Assembly (NCBI RefSeq): GCF_006345805.1
Contig: NC_042997.1
Span: 142,538,001-142,602,000 of the forward strand
Length of the DNA stretch: 64,000 nt
Reading direction: 5' to 3'
Origin: Octopus sinensis
Lineage: Eukaryota
The notes beneath the pieces were generated by a model. That model ran no database searches. It saw nothing but the letters and a program-made list of their open reading frames with translations, and was not told the DNA's origin. Each line of letters starts with the position of its first letter. The stretch's first letter is position 1. Both the position numbers and the translations under genes were made by a program. Positions 51,466 through 63,012 of this stretch are shown here, in pieces.

Positions 51466-52429
51466 AGGCATTATTATTATTATTATTATTCGCCTTTCAC
51501 CACTTCAGAGTCGGTAAAGTAAAATACCAGTCAAGTACTGTATGTGATGGTATCAACTAACCCTCTTCCCTCAGAAATTACTGATATTGTGCCTAAATCA
51601 GAAACAATCATTTTTATTACTGAGTGAGATGCTATTTTTGCCTCCCATTTAATATTTTCACTAACTGTGGTTAAAAAAAAAAAAAAAGAGCTACCTCAAC
51701 CAGTCAGTTCACATGAATGAAATTTTTGGAAACATGGTCCTATTAGCCATCAATGGGGCTTTGTAAAGGTGTCCTGTTAAGAATCAAGGCTAATTTTGGA
51801 ATTGAGTTTTGATTTTGCTGCTGATAAATTTCCTTATTTTACATTTATTTATCCATGAAAAATGTATTTTGAGTTTCTAAAAAAGAAAAATATGTTATCA
51901 CAAAAGAAAATCAAATTATATTTTCTTTATTTAACGAATATGGACAATTCTGAAAATTGCATTTATGGAATGTAATTTTTTTTTCAGTTGAGGGAATTCT
52001 GATTGGGAATAATGAAAATTTTAAAAAATAATAATAAATGATTGAATGAAAATAAAAATTTAAAGTAAATATCAATAATATTGAAGTAAAGTTTGGTGGA
52101 AACACAACTCATTCATTATGACAGAATAAAAATAATGTAATTGATTTTATAAAACCTCTTAAACCATAAAAATCCAAAATATATTATTCTTGAATATTTA
52201 AAAAATATTTTAATAGGTTTCCAGGACTACAATATTTTAATGTGTCCTTCCTTTTTTATACCTTTTCAAAACTGTAATTTAAGAGAAATTTGGCTGGTAT
52301 TTCTACCAGGTTGAGTGACAAAGCATAGGCTATCCCATTGGCTCATCACACTTTTTATAGTCCTATTGGAATGCGAGTTATACAACCACGCTGGCAACCT
52401 GATATGTAATATTTATTCATTCTTTTTTT

Positions 52430-53075
52430 TTTCTTTTTATTCTTTTACTTGTTTCAATCATTTGACTGCGGCCATGCTGGAGCACTGCCTTGAAGGATTT
52501 TAGTTGAACAACGTGACCTCAGCGCTTATCTTTTAAGCCTAGTACTTATTCTGTTGGTCTCTTTTGCTAAACTGCTAAGTTATGGATGTAAACACACCAA
52601 CACCAGTTGTTAAGTGGTGATGGAGGGACAAACACAAACCCCCAAGACACACACACGTGTGTATGTGTGTGTTTGTATATGATGGGTTCCTTTCAATTTC
52701 TTATTTCTTTATTGCCCACAAGGGGCTAAACATAGAAGGGACAAACAAGGACAGACAAAGAGATTAAGTCGATTACATCGACCCCAGTGCGTAACAAGTA
52801 CTTAATTTATCAACCCCAAAAGGATGAAAGGCAAAGTCGACCTCGGCGGAATTTGAACTCAGAACGTAAAAACAGACGAAATACTGCTAAGCATTTCTCC
52901 CAGCATGCTAACGATTCTGCCAGCTCGCCACCTTTCAGTTTTTGTCTACCAAATCCACTCACAAAGCTTTGGTTGGCCCAAGGCTATAATAGAAGACACT
53001 TGCCCAAGGTGCCCTGCAGTAGGACTGAACATGGAACCATGTGGTGAGGAAGCAAGCTTATTACCACAAAGCTAT
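52430..53075 (-). mobile_element. SINE family B interrupted by a family A insertion (52700-52930)
   Basis: TSD CCTTTCAATTT (52689-52699) / CCTTTCAGTTT (52931-52941), 10/11 match. Confidence 0.9.
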
Positions 53076-55052
53076 GTATTTTAATAAGTTTCAATATTTG
53101 TGTAAGTTCATTGTTAAACTGTTTTGTTGTATTTATCTATATTATATAAGATAGTATTAGCTTGACTGGTTTGTCTTGTTAATTGTCCATTTTACCATGC
53201 TGGCATCACTTGGACAGGAATTCATTTTGTAGCGGGATTTCTCAACCAGATGTTATTTTTTTGTTGCCAACCCTCCCCTGTTTTTCTGATAAGGGATTTT
53301 ACATTCCACAGCTCATTGAAAGCACAGAACAGCTGGTTGTAATGTCAATACAGAATGTAAATATCTGCACTGTTTTACTCAATTGATTTTATTCAATTGA
53401 TCACAAGGGAAATATCAGCATCCATGCGCATATATTCAAACTTATGCACATACATATATGTTCCTATGTGTATACTTACATATATATACACACATACATG
53501 TGTACATGCTTACACATAAACATACAGACATTTATGCAAATGTATGTGTGTATATTTACACACACTTATACACACCATGATGGACTTACTACAGTTTCCA
53601 TCTGCTAAATTTATTCACAAGGCATTTGTTTGCTCAGTCTCTTGTAGAAGACACTTGCCCAAGGTGCTGCACACAGAACTGAACCTGAAACCACCAAGTT
53701 GCAAAATAAATTTCTTAACCACATAGCTATGTCTGCACCTATATACACTGAGCTGTATTTGGGGACAGAACACATAAAAATTGAAATAATTTCACTAAAA
53801 TGTTATCATTTAATATAGATATTTATTTATCAAACTATTCATTGATTTCCCTAACTATAAAGAAGTTGGTTCAGAAGGATCATAATACATACATCTGAAT
53901 TATGTCACTTGCAATTATTATTGCAGTCCTTCCTATTTTACTGATATAGGGTGTGATTTGAGGAAGATTCGGTTGCTATTTCTAGCAGGAAGTCAACCAT
54001 GTAGTGGCTCCCTTATTGGCTTGATGAATTTGTAGATCTGTTGTTGTTTGACTTCATTTTAGATCTGACCTAAAACACAATGACCAAAGACACTCCATCT
54101 ACAATTACCCTCTCTCTTAGTGTCAAGTGTATTCTTCCATGATTAAAATGGTAAGGTGTTATTTGAAGTTGATTTGGCTGCTATTTATAGTAGGTCAAAC
54201 TGCCATGTAGTGGTCCCTTTATTGGCTTGCATATTCTTTAATAATCATTGATAAGGATCAGTTATACCTCTCAAAATTTGATGTTTTGTATCTCTCTTAG
54301 GAATCAACTGTAGTTCAATATTGTGAATAATAATTGCTACAAGAGGTCTAATCATAGAACATGAGAGTAGAACTGGAGAAAAGGCTGTAGTTTCTCCAGG
54401 TCATCCACACAACTTTGAAATTTGATGTAGTTCTATGGTCTAAAAAGGCAAAGCTGATTATCTTGATCACAGTCCCATAGGAAGGAGAGTATCTTTGAAT
54501 AGAATCTTACCAAATACCGGAACCAATTACAGGATTGCAGGGAGATAGGGATGCTATTTTCAGAATGGAGAATATATATAGAATACTTACAGCCAATGGA
54601 AAAATAAGTAAAGAAAGTAAGGTAGCTCTTTAAAGAAGGTGGAGAGGCAAAAGAAAGAGCCTCTTGATTATTATGGAACAAGTTATGGAACTGAGAGTCA
54701 GGAGGAGAAATGAGTAGTTATTTGACCACCATTACCAACCCACCAATGAGTGGGTGTTACAGATCAGGGTTGTAACACCTTTTGGTCATTGGATACTGTC
54801 TGATAATATCAATTCCTTCTGATCAGATCTTCATTCATCACAGGGGGAATGAAGGAGAAGCATCTTCTTTTAGATTTAATCAATATCATATTGCTAAATC
54901 TTTGCCATATTTAGCATCATGGCGGCTATTTCTGAGATTCACTTACCTGCAATTATTCTGTATCTTTAATCTTTGTAAGGAGAAAATAATATCATATTCT
55001 TGCACAATTTAGTATATATGCCAAAGCATTTGTTAATCTGTGATATTTCAGA

Positions 55053-55307
55053 GACTGAAACATGTGTTACAAGCTTCATAGTGTACTGTAAATATAGATT
55101 AATGATGGTCTGCTATTCACTTGATTGCATTTTGCTTCTTAGCAAAAGCTGCTAACTGATATTGAACATGACATCTCAACTACTGAAACCTAACTGAATA
55201 CACGTGTAATACTGATGCTTTGTATATAACTCTGTACAGCTTTACATTTCTTTTCTGTCTAGAGAATTACTCTGGTAGAAATAAAGATATTTAATTTCTC
55301 TATTTAA
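55053..55307 (-). repeat. Inverted duplication, arm 2 (255 bp)
   Basis: Reverse complement of 50771-51025 with 6 substitutions. Confidence 0.98.
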
Positions 55308-55625
55308 TGTGTTAAATATATCAATTGACAGCTAGGGCAAGAAATTGGTGTTCCATGAAAGCGGAAGTTAAATAAAAAATAAATAAATTGCTTACTGGCC
55401 AGCAAAAATAAAACATCTAGTTGTTGAAAGAAATTGATATTTAGCTGACTAATTTATATTTTTATCACTAAATTGAAACCAGGATAATCTTGCTAATCCA
55501 TATTAAATGCATTGATAGGTGATTGGCAATGATCTGTGAACCAAGTATTATATCATGAATTGTCATTTATATTTATATTTACAGATAAAGCAATGTACTG
55601 ATTTTATTTTATATTATATTACTAT

Positions 55626-55830
55626 ATCTGGCAGAATTGTCAGAATGCTGGGCGAAATGCTTAGTGGTATTTAGTCTGTTGCTACGTTCTGAGTTCAAAT
55701 TCCACCAAGGTCAGCTTTGCCTTTCATCCTTTTGAGATTGATAAATCAAGTACCAGTTGAGTACTGGGGTTGATGTAATCGACTATCCCCCTTCCCTAAA
55801 TTTCAGGCCTTGTGCCTATAGTAGAAAGAA
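55626..55830 (+). mobile_element. SINE family A
   Basis: CTGGCAGAATTGTCAG head, GAGTTCAAATTCC, GCCTTTCATCCTTT core, GGCCTTGTGCCTATAGTAGAAAGAA tail. Confidence 0.9.
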
Positions 55831-56044
55831 TTATATTGCTATTTCTTTGTTGTTAGCATTGTTGACTTCAGGTTTCCAATGGGCCAGTTATTGGTTCACT
55901 GCATTTCCAATAATGAGAGTGACAAGGAAGTGTCTAACTCAATGCAGAACAAATACCTTAAAGAACTTCATTAATAAAACACCAGTTTCTCACTGATGTT
56001 TATATCTCACCATTATACACCAGTAAATGAGAAAAGTACATTTT

Positions 56045-56251
56045 CTCTCTTTTACTTGTTTCAGTCATTTGACTGTGGCCATGCTGGAGCACCACCTTTA
56101 GTCAAGCAAATTGACTCCAGGACTTATTCTTTGTAAGCCTAGTACTTATTCTATCCGTCTCTTTTGCCGAACCGCTAAATTACGGGGACATAAACACACC
56201 AGCATCGGTTGTCAAGTGATGTTAAGGGGACAAACACAGACACACAAACAT

Positions 56252-56331
<80 letters not shown>

Positions 56332-56510
56332 TACACGTATATACGACGGGCTTCTTTCAGTTTCCGTCGACCAAATCCACTCACAAGGCTTTGGTCAATC
56401 TGAGGCTATAGTAGAAGACACTTGCCCAAGGTGCCACGCAGTGGGACTGAACCCAGAACCATATGGTTTGTAAGCAAGCTACTTAACACACAGCCACTTC
56501 TATGCCTATA
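56045..56510 (-). mobile_element. SINE family B, well-conserved full-length copy with expanded internal (TA)n
   Basis: All B blocks present, CpGs retained. Confidence 0.95.
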
Positions 56511-58099
56511 CATGTGTGAGCACACATGCTCACACACACACACACACTATTATGCAGTTTCCACCTAGCACTCACAAAGTATTGGTTGATGTAAGGTTAT
56601 GGTAGACGGTACCTCACAGTGAGATCAAACACAAAACCATGTGGCTGCAAAACAAATCTCTTAACCACATAATTCCTATCCATAGATAACTGAAACATCC
56701 TCATTTAATGTCCACTCGCTATGCTGGCATGGGTTAGATGGTTTGACTGGAACTGATGAGCCAGAGAGCTGCACTAGCTTCCAGTGTGATTTGGCTAGAT
56801 TTCTACGGCTGGATGCCCTTCTTTATGCCAACCACTCCAGGAATGTAATGGGGGCTTTCATGTACCATTTACATGACACTGACAACAACCATGACTACAA
56901 TTCACAGTTGCCATTTACATTGCGCTGGCAACAAATAAAGAAAACCAAAGATAATAATTATAATGTATCGGATTGAGAGACAAATACCACTGGAAGATTA
57001 TCTCCATCATTTGTTTAGTAGTCGTGGGTAGATTGAGTGCAAAACACATTCTCTGGTTTGGTTGAATAGCATGAAATTGGTTTACATCTTGTTCAACCTA
57101 CTAATAGCCAAATCTCCCTCAACTCTCTCATTTGTCTGGAATAAAATATGTGCTGGATACAGCTGAAATACTTTGATCTAAGGCTAAAAAATGAGAACAA
57201 CTATCACGTTGTTTAGGAGGTGTTACTATTATCAGATACATAACTGTAAGATAACCTCTCATAAAGAATTCAGTAGGTACTGATCACATAACATCTAATT
57301 TAATTTGTGGAATATGAAAGTAACCCAAAAGCTGTGTGTGTGTGAAGGACATAAGTAAAATAAAGAATTATGTTTCTGGTATTCTTGAAAACTGTCACCT
57401 TGTTCAGAATATCAGCTGTTTCAGCTTCTGTGCTTTGGGACATAGTAATTTTGGTATCATTTCGGACATTTATTCAAGAGAGAGAAAAAATAGGTTTCTA
57501 GGTGATAAAGTAAGGTTTCTAGATAGAGCAGCTAAAGAATATCTTCTGTTAAATATGACATTATTATAATTTACTGTAAATGACTTTTGTTTCAAATTTT
57601 TTTCTAATGTTCTAATCAGTGGTTATCAAATGAACTTACCAATTATTCAGCCAACAATGTTTATGTCCACACTTATTATGACTGGATAAGTGAGAATAGA
57701 TAGAACTGAAAAAAAATGGTTTTAATTCAATAAAAATAATTGTCAGGCACAAGTATAACTGTAAGGAGGAATTCCAACCATGTTTCGTGGCTCACTACCT
57801 AAAACAGCTCCTTTATAGGGTCCAGTGGCTAAAGATATCATCAGGAGGTACCACGTCTAGTTTCAGCCCCTACTCCTCTGCCATTTTCAACATGCCCCCC
57901 ACACACACACACACACACCTATCGGAGGTGTCTTCAGCTCTGGTGTTGAGTGCATTTTGTTTTTCTCCTTTTTCTTTTGTTCTTTGGTTTCTTTGATACA
58001 GTGTCAATGAATGTCAGCAGGTGAATGACCATCCTACCAAATTTCCCTTTCAATACTTGCTGGTAGGCTCCAGCAGCCTGCACCAGCTAACTGTCACAT

Positions 58100-58632
58100 G
58101 ACATAGTCTAAGCTTCAACTGAAGCATGCTTTGCAATGATGTGGCTTCAGGTTCATTCCCACTGCATAGCATCTTAGGCAAGTGTCTTCTACTGTAGTCC
58201 AAGACCAACTAATGTCCTGCGAATGAATTTGGTAGATGGAAACTGTGTGGAAGCCCATCACACATGTGTGTATCTGTCTGTGTTTGTTCTCTCCCCTTCC
58301 CCCACCACTTGGCAACTGGTGTTGATCTGTTTATATCCCTATAACTTTGCAGTTCAGCAATAGCATAAGTCACATGATCATGTGATCACGTGACCAACTA
58401 GACTATCAGATGCTGTTACACATTGCTGGTCACAATGCACTTTTGCATTGTTTTAGCCTTCGAATGATGCCACCTTGCTGGCTAGGCAAGCAGGTCAACA
58501 CTCTCCCTTGATTGAAAAGAGGACTGGAGTAACATATAATGAAGTGTTTTGCTCTAGAGCGCAACACACTGCCTGGTCTGGGAATCAAACCCATGATCGA
58601 ACAATTGTGAGTCCAACAGCCCAACCACTAGG
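58100..58632. mobile_element. SINE B (+, 58100-58365) abutting SINE D (-, 58370-58632)
   Basis: Diagnostic blocks; the D copy matches the 25234 subfamily including the CACGTG tail. Confidence 0.8.
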
Positions 58633-59262
58633 CCATGCGCCTAGAATAAGTACCGGACATAAAGAACAAAATAAATACTGGGGTGGATTTGTTCAACTAA
58701 AACTGTTCAAGGCAGTGCCTTGGCATGGCTGCAATCCAATGAGTGAAACAGGCGAAAGATAAAAGATACACAGATACACTTCAGTTTGAATAATTATCTT
58801 ATTTGCAGCATAAATTCTATAAGAAAATGGAGTGTTGATATTTAAGGTGACCTAGAACTCAACAACTGCCAGGATAGGCTGAATATGAGTAGAGAAAAAT
58901 AACCAGGAATGCATGCAACATAGATTATATGGCTTCTATTTAAGGCAGGAGGAAATGTTTGTCCATCAATCCTGTGCGCCTCATTGATTTGAAATTTATA
59001 CTGTATGGGACCACTTGATATTTGATTTATAGAGAACAATAGATGAGCTATTTAAAGCTGCATAAGTAGTTAGGAAGTACAAAGGAGTTAGTAATAGAGC
59101 ATCTGACAAACATTATGAACTGCAGAGTTTTAGCATTTGATCAATCTATAAATATAACGTTGATTTTCTTATGCCTTTTTCTCTTATCCTCTCTCTTTTA
59201 TTATATTGTCATTGTTATTATTGCATATTTATCTGCTATCTGTGTGTGTGTATTTATAATAC

Positions 59263-59265
<3 letters not shown>

Positions 59266-59343
<78 letters not shown>

Positions 59344-59610
59344 ATCTATCTGTCATATTTCCAATGTTCTTAGAAATGAGTTCATTGACCATAAAGAAAT
59401 TAGCTTTTGAATATCAGGGTTCAATGTCCAGCAAAAGTTTTATTTTTTAATACCAGAGGCCTTTTACACTTAAGTAATAATAAAATAATAATACTAAAAT
59501 TACTACTAATAATAATATTCATGATGATGAAGATAGTGGTGAATGTGGTGGTGGCTGTTTAGTCCCAGCCCTGCCCCTATTGGGTGTTCTAGCCCTTTCC
59601 ATCACATCTT

Positions 59611-59674
<64 letters not shown>

Positions 59675-59896
59675 TGAAGTGTATAGTATTATGTAATCAT
59701 TATGGTTAAGGCCAATCTCTCCAATCGGTTTTGAATTAGGGATTCAACAGGATGCTAGATAACCCTAAGTGTGAAATACATTGGTGAGAGTGACCATAAT
59801 AGATATATAATACACTGTACACTTCGATTAATTTTCCCACTCTTTTAACAAATATAAGAGTGCATATTTTTTCTGACTTATGGATTCTCAGATGAA

Positions 59897-59931
<35 letters not shown>

Positions 59932-59941
59932 ACACACCACA

Positions 59942-60020
<79 letters not shown>
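59266..60020. repeat. Microsatellite cluster: (CT)n about 59266-59327, (TA)n about 59611-59670, (CA)n about 59898-60005
   Basis: Direct reading. Confidence 0.97.
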
Positions 60021-60023
<3 letters not shown>

Positions 60024-60459
60024 GGGAACTATATTATTCAAGCTGTCCTTCCTTTTATTTTTAAGATGATAACATTTGATTTGAGGGAATTTGGTTGCTA
60101 CATAGAAGTTCCTTTGATAACTCATTGACCAGGAGTAAAATCCCTTACCACATGGCATAATGCATACATCTGATTGCAAATGCATCAGATGCAGAACAAG
60201 TCATATCAAGTATGTCCTTGTTTGTTTAGACAGAAAAGAAAGAAGCCATGGTAGACTTATATATGTCTGCAAACTGTTTCTAAAGAGATGATAGCTGTTG
60301 ATGCACCCACACTTCATACATGACACAATAATAGCACATATAAATAAAGTGCACATAGTTATATGTACTAGATGCTTCAAATCTTGGTACAAAATTTGAT
60401 CCCAGCCTCAGTAAAATATAATACAGACAAATTTGAATACCAACTGTAGCCACCACAAT

Positions 60460-60640
60460 ATCCAATCCTTGTTATAGTGCAATGGCTTGTGTGCATCAAT
60501 GACCCCGAATGCTATGTCAGTGGGAGTGCATGCTCCTGATAGGTCCTACCATGTTGGACAGGTCAAAGAATAGAGGCCAGAATATTATGGACTACCTCTT
60601 CCTAAAGGTAAAAATAGGTTTGCATTGAGCCAACACCTCT
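60460..60640 (+). mobile_element. RTE-type LINE 5' leader remnant
   Basis: CCTTGTTATAGTGCAATGGCTTGTGTGCATCAATGACCCCGAATGCTATG..GCTCCTGATAGG..GGACAGGTCAAAG resembles RTE/BovB 5' regions as I recall them (unverified). Confidence 0.5.
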
Positions 60641-60739
60641 ACCTTGAAAAAAAGCAAAGTTTACAGAAGCATCAGTGACAATTCAAAACCAACAAGACCT
60701 GGGAGAGAAAGGCCTTTCCTCAGGGAAACATATGATATC

Positions 60740-60960
60740 ATCATCATCATCATCATTTAACATCAGTTTTCCATGCTAGCATGGGTTGGACGGTTCGACC
60801 GGGGATCTGGGAAGCCAGAAGGCTGCACCAGCTCCAGTCTGATCTGGCAGTGCTTCTACAGATGCCCTTCCTAACGCCAACCAGTCCGTGAGTGTAGTGG
60901 GTGCTTTTTACGTGCCACTGGCACGGAAGCCAGTCTAGGTGGCGCTGGCATCGGTCCCAT
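60740..60960 (-). mobile_element. SINE family C
   Basis: Reverse-complement tail and one partial unit. Confidence 0.88.
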
Positions 60961-61304
60961 GATGCAGCAAAATCTGAAAAGACATCCTAAAAATAGCTGG
61001 GTGTGAGATACTGAAGTATAGCTGGATAACCAGGGAAGCAGCTGAAGAAAAGAAGAAAAGACAATTCCAGATTTGAGAATAATGAAATGAAATGAAATGA
61101 ATATATTATTGAAGCATTGTTTTACAGACACATGTACTTTCTTGTTCTGAAGTAAAGAATCTTTTGTTTCATATGTTTTTGAAGGTACAAAACCAGTGGA
61201 AAATACATTGACAGAATATGACAAGAATGTCGCTACTTTCATTGGAAAAGCACAGATGTAAACATACACCCATGTGCACATTCACTCACTCACAAAATAT
61301 TGAT

Positions 61305-61465
61305 GGATTTCTATTAGTTCCTGTCTACCAAATCACTTACAAAGCTTTTGTCAGACTTGGGGTGTAGTAGAAGGCACTTGCCCAAGGTACCACATAGAGA
61401 GATTGAACTCAAAACCATGTGGTTGCAAAGTGAACTTCTCACCCAGACGGCTATGCCTGTTCCTA
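61305..61465 (-). mobile_element. SINE family B 5' part
   Basis: CTACCAAATCACTTACAAAGC..CACTTGCCCAAGGTACCAC..GAACTCAAAACCATGTGG. Confidence 0.8.
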
Positions 61466-61987
61466 TCATAACACACACACACACACACGCACAAATACAC
61501 ACGTGTGTTTGTGTAGATATCATCATTGTAAGAGACATACTCACACATACATGCTCTTACAAAGTAACACAAATAATATACTCAGTTAAGCTTAGTAATT
61601 TACAGTAAGTCTTAGTGAATAAGCCTCTGTAGTTAGGTGTGCAAATGTATGTTGACATTTGTGCTAAACACACATACATACATAGGTGTTTGCATGCATA
61701 CATTTGTACACACATGCATTAATGCATCTATACATGAATGTATACTTACATACATAAATAGATGCATGCATGTTCATACTACTATTAACCTGTGGTAATA
61801 AGAAAATTATCTAAATTCTGATTATAGTTGGAATCTCTTTCTCTTAGATGATTATATAGATTTCTGTTAAACTATTAAAGGGGTGAAATTGCCATTAAAA
61901 ATCAAAATCTTCATTTCTTATCAGCAGGAAACCACTTTTGTTGCATGTAAAGCTTGCTGCTTGTTTGTTACCTCCTTCAGTTTTTAG

Positions 61988-62015
61988 TCGCATCTACCTG
62001 TACATACAACTACAG
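61988..62015 (+). CDS. Candidate 28-nt exon
   Basis: Strong acceptor ttgtttgttacctccttcagtttttag and donor CAG|gtatat; all three frames open. Confidence 0.4.
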
Positions 62016-62290
62016 GTATATGTTGTGACATTGATTCTCTACTACATTCACTAACACAGCTGCTGCTTTTATCATTATCTAATTGTGTTGTTGTTGTTGT
62101 CGTACAAATGATTCATTAATTTCTACCGCTAGCAACGCAGGCTATCATTATATTGCCATCATTGTCCACATATTCATCTATCATTTGTGTTCAACTATAC
62201 TTATCCTTCAAGAATCTGTGTATTCGTGAGTGTGTGTGTGTGTGTGCATGCATGCATGTGTTTCTGTGTGACTTCTTTTGACAATTGCAG

Positions 62291-62505
62291 ACTGGTGCTT
62301 ACATAGAAGCCATATCACTCATTATGGAGATAAATCACTATCTGCTGTTATGAATTCTAAAATGTGTGAAAAAATCATCATTTGCAGATGTGACTCAGAC
62401 TCACTACCTTGCTCTAGCAACTTGCACAGCTCTGCTTCTAACCTATTTTTCCTGTCTTCAATACAACTCTGCTGTTTTATTACCAATGTGATTCCACTAT
62501 TATAA
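62291..62505 (+). CDS. Candidate terminal exon with hydrophobic C-terminus (acceptor before 62291 or 62388)
   Basis: ORF ends SSNLHSSASNLFFLSSIQLCCFITNVIPLL*; either acceptor can join the 61988 exon in this frame depending on entry phase. Confidence 0.3.
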
Positions 62506-62644
62506 TTACTATTGACCCTTTAGTTAACGGATATTACTTTGTCTAGTTTTGCTTCCTTCCATGTTATAACTCACATAATTTTTTTTTTTGTCTTATCACA
62601 AGAAACACATTTATTTATTGATGTATATGTAAACTCGAGCCTCT

Positions 62645-63012
62645 CCTATGGCTGTGTGGTTAAGAAGTTTTCTTTACAACCATGTAGTTTCAGGTTTAAT
62701 CCCATTGCACAGCACAGTGGGCAAGTGTCTTCAAATATAATCCCAAATCAACTAATGTCTTATGAATAAATTTTAGTTGATAGAAACTGTGCAGAAGCCT
62801 ATATATAGATATCATCATCATTGTTTAATGTCTGATTTTCACGCTGGCATGGGTTGGACAGTTTGACTGAGGTCTGGGAAAGCCAATGGCTGCACCAGGC
62901 TCCAATCTGATCTGGCAATATTTCTACAACTGGATGCCCTTCCTAATGCCAACCACTCCAAGAGTGTAGTGGGTGCTTTTTACATGCCACTGGCACCGAA
63001 GCGAGTCAGGTG
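62645..63012. mobile_element. SINE B head (+, 62645-62800) and SINE C (-, 62812-63012)
   Basis: Diagnostic blocks. Confidence 0.85.

Noticed and set aside
59736-60185. 149-aa ORF and other CVCV, HTHT, YIYI and RERE ORFs
   Set aside because: Stop-free frames from dinucleotide repeats.
33830-61960. Shared AAGCTTG motif near candidate exons as a docking-selector system
   Set aside because: Only 6-10 bp and palindromic; expected by chance.
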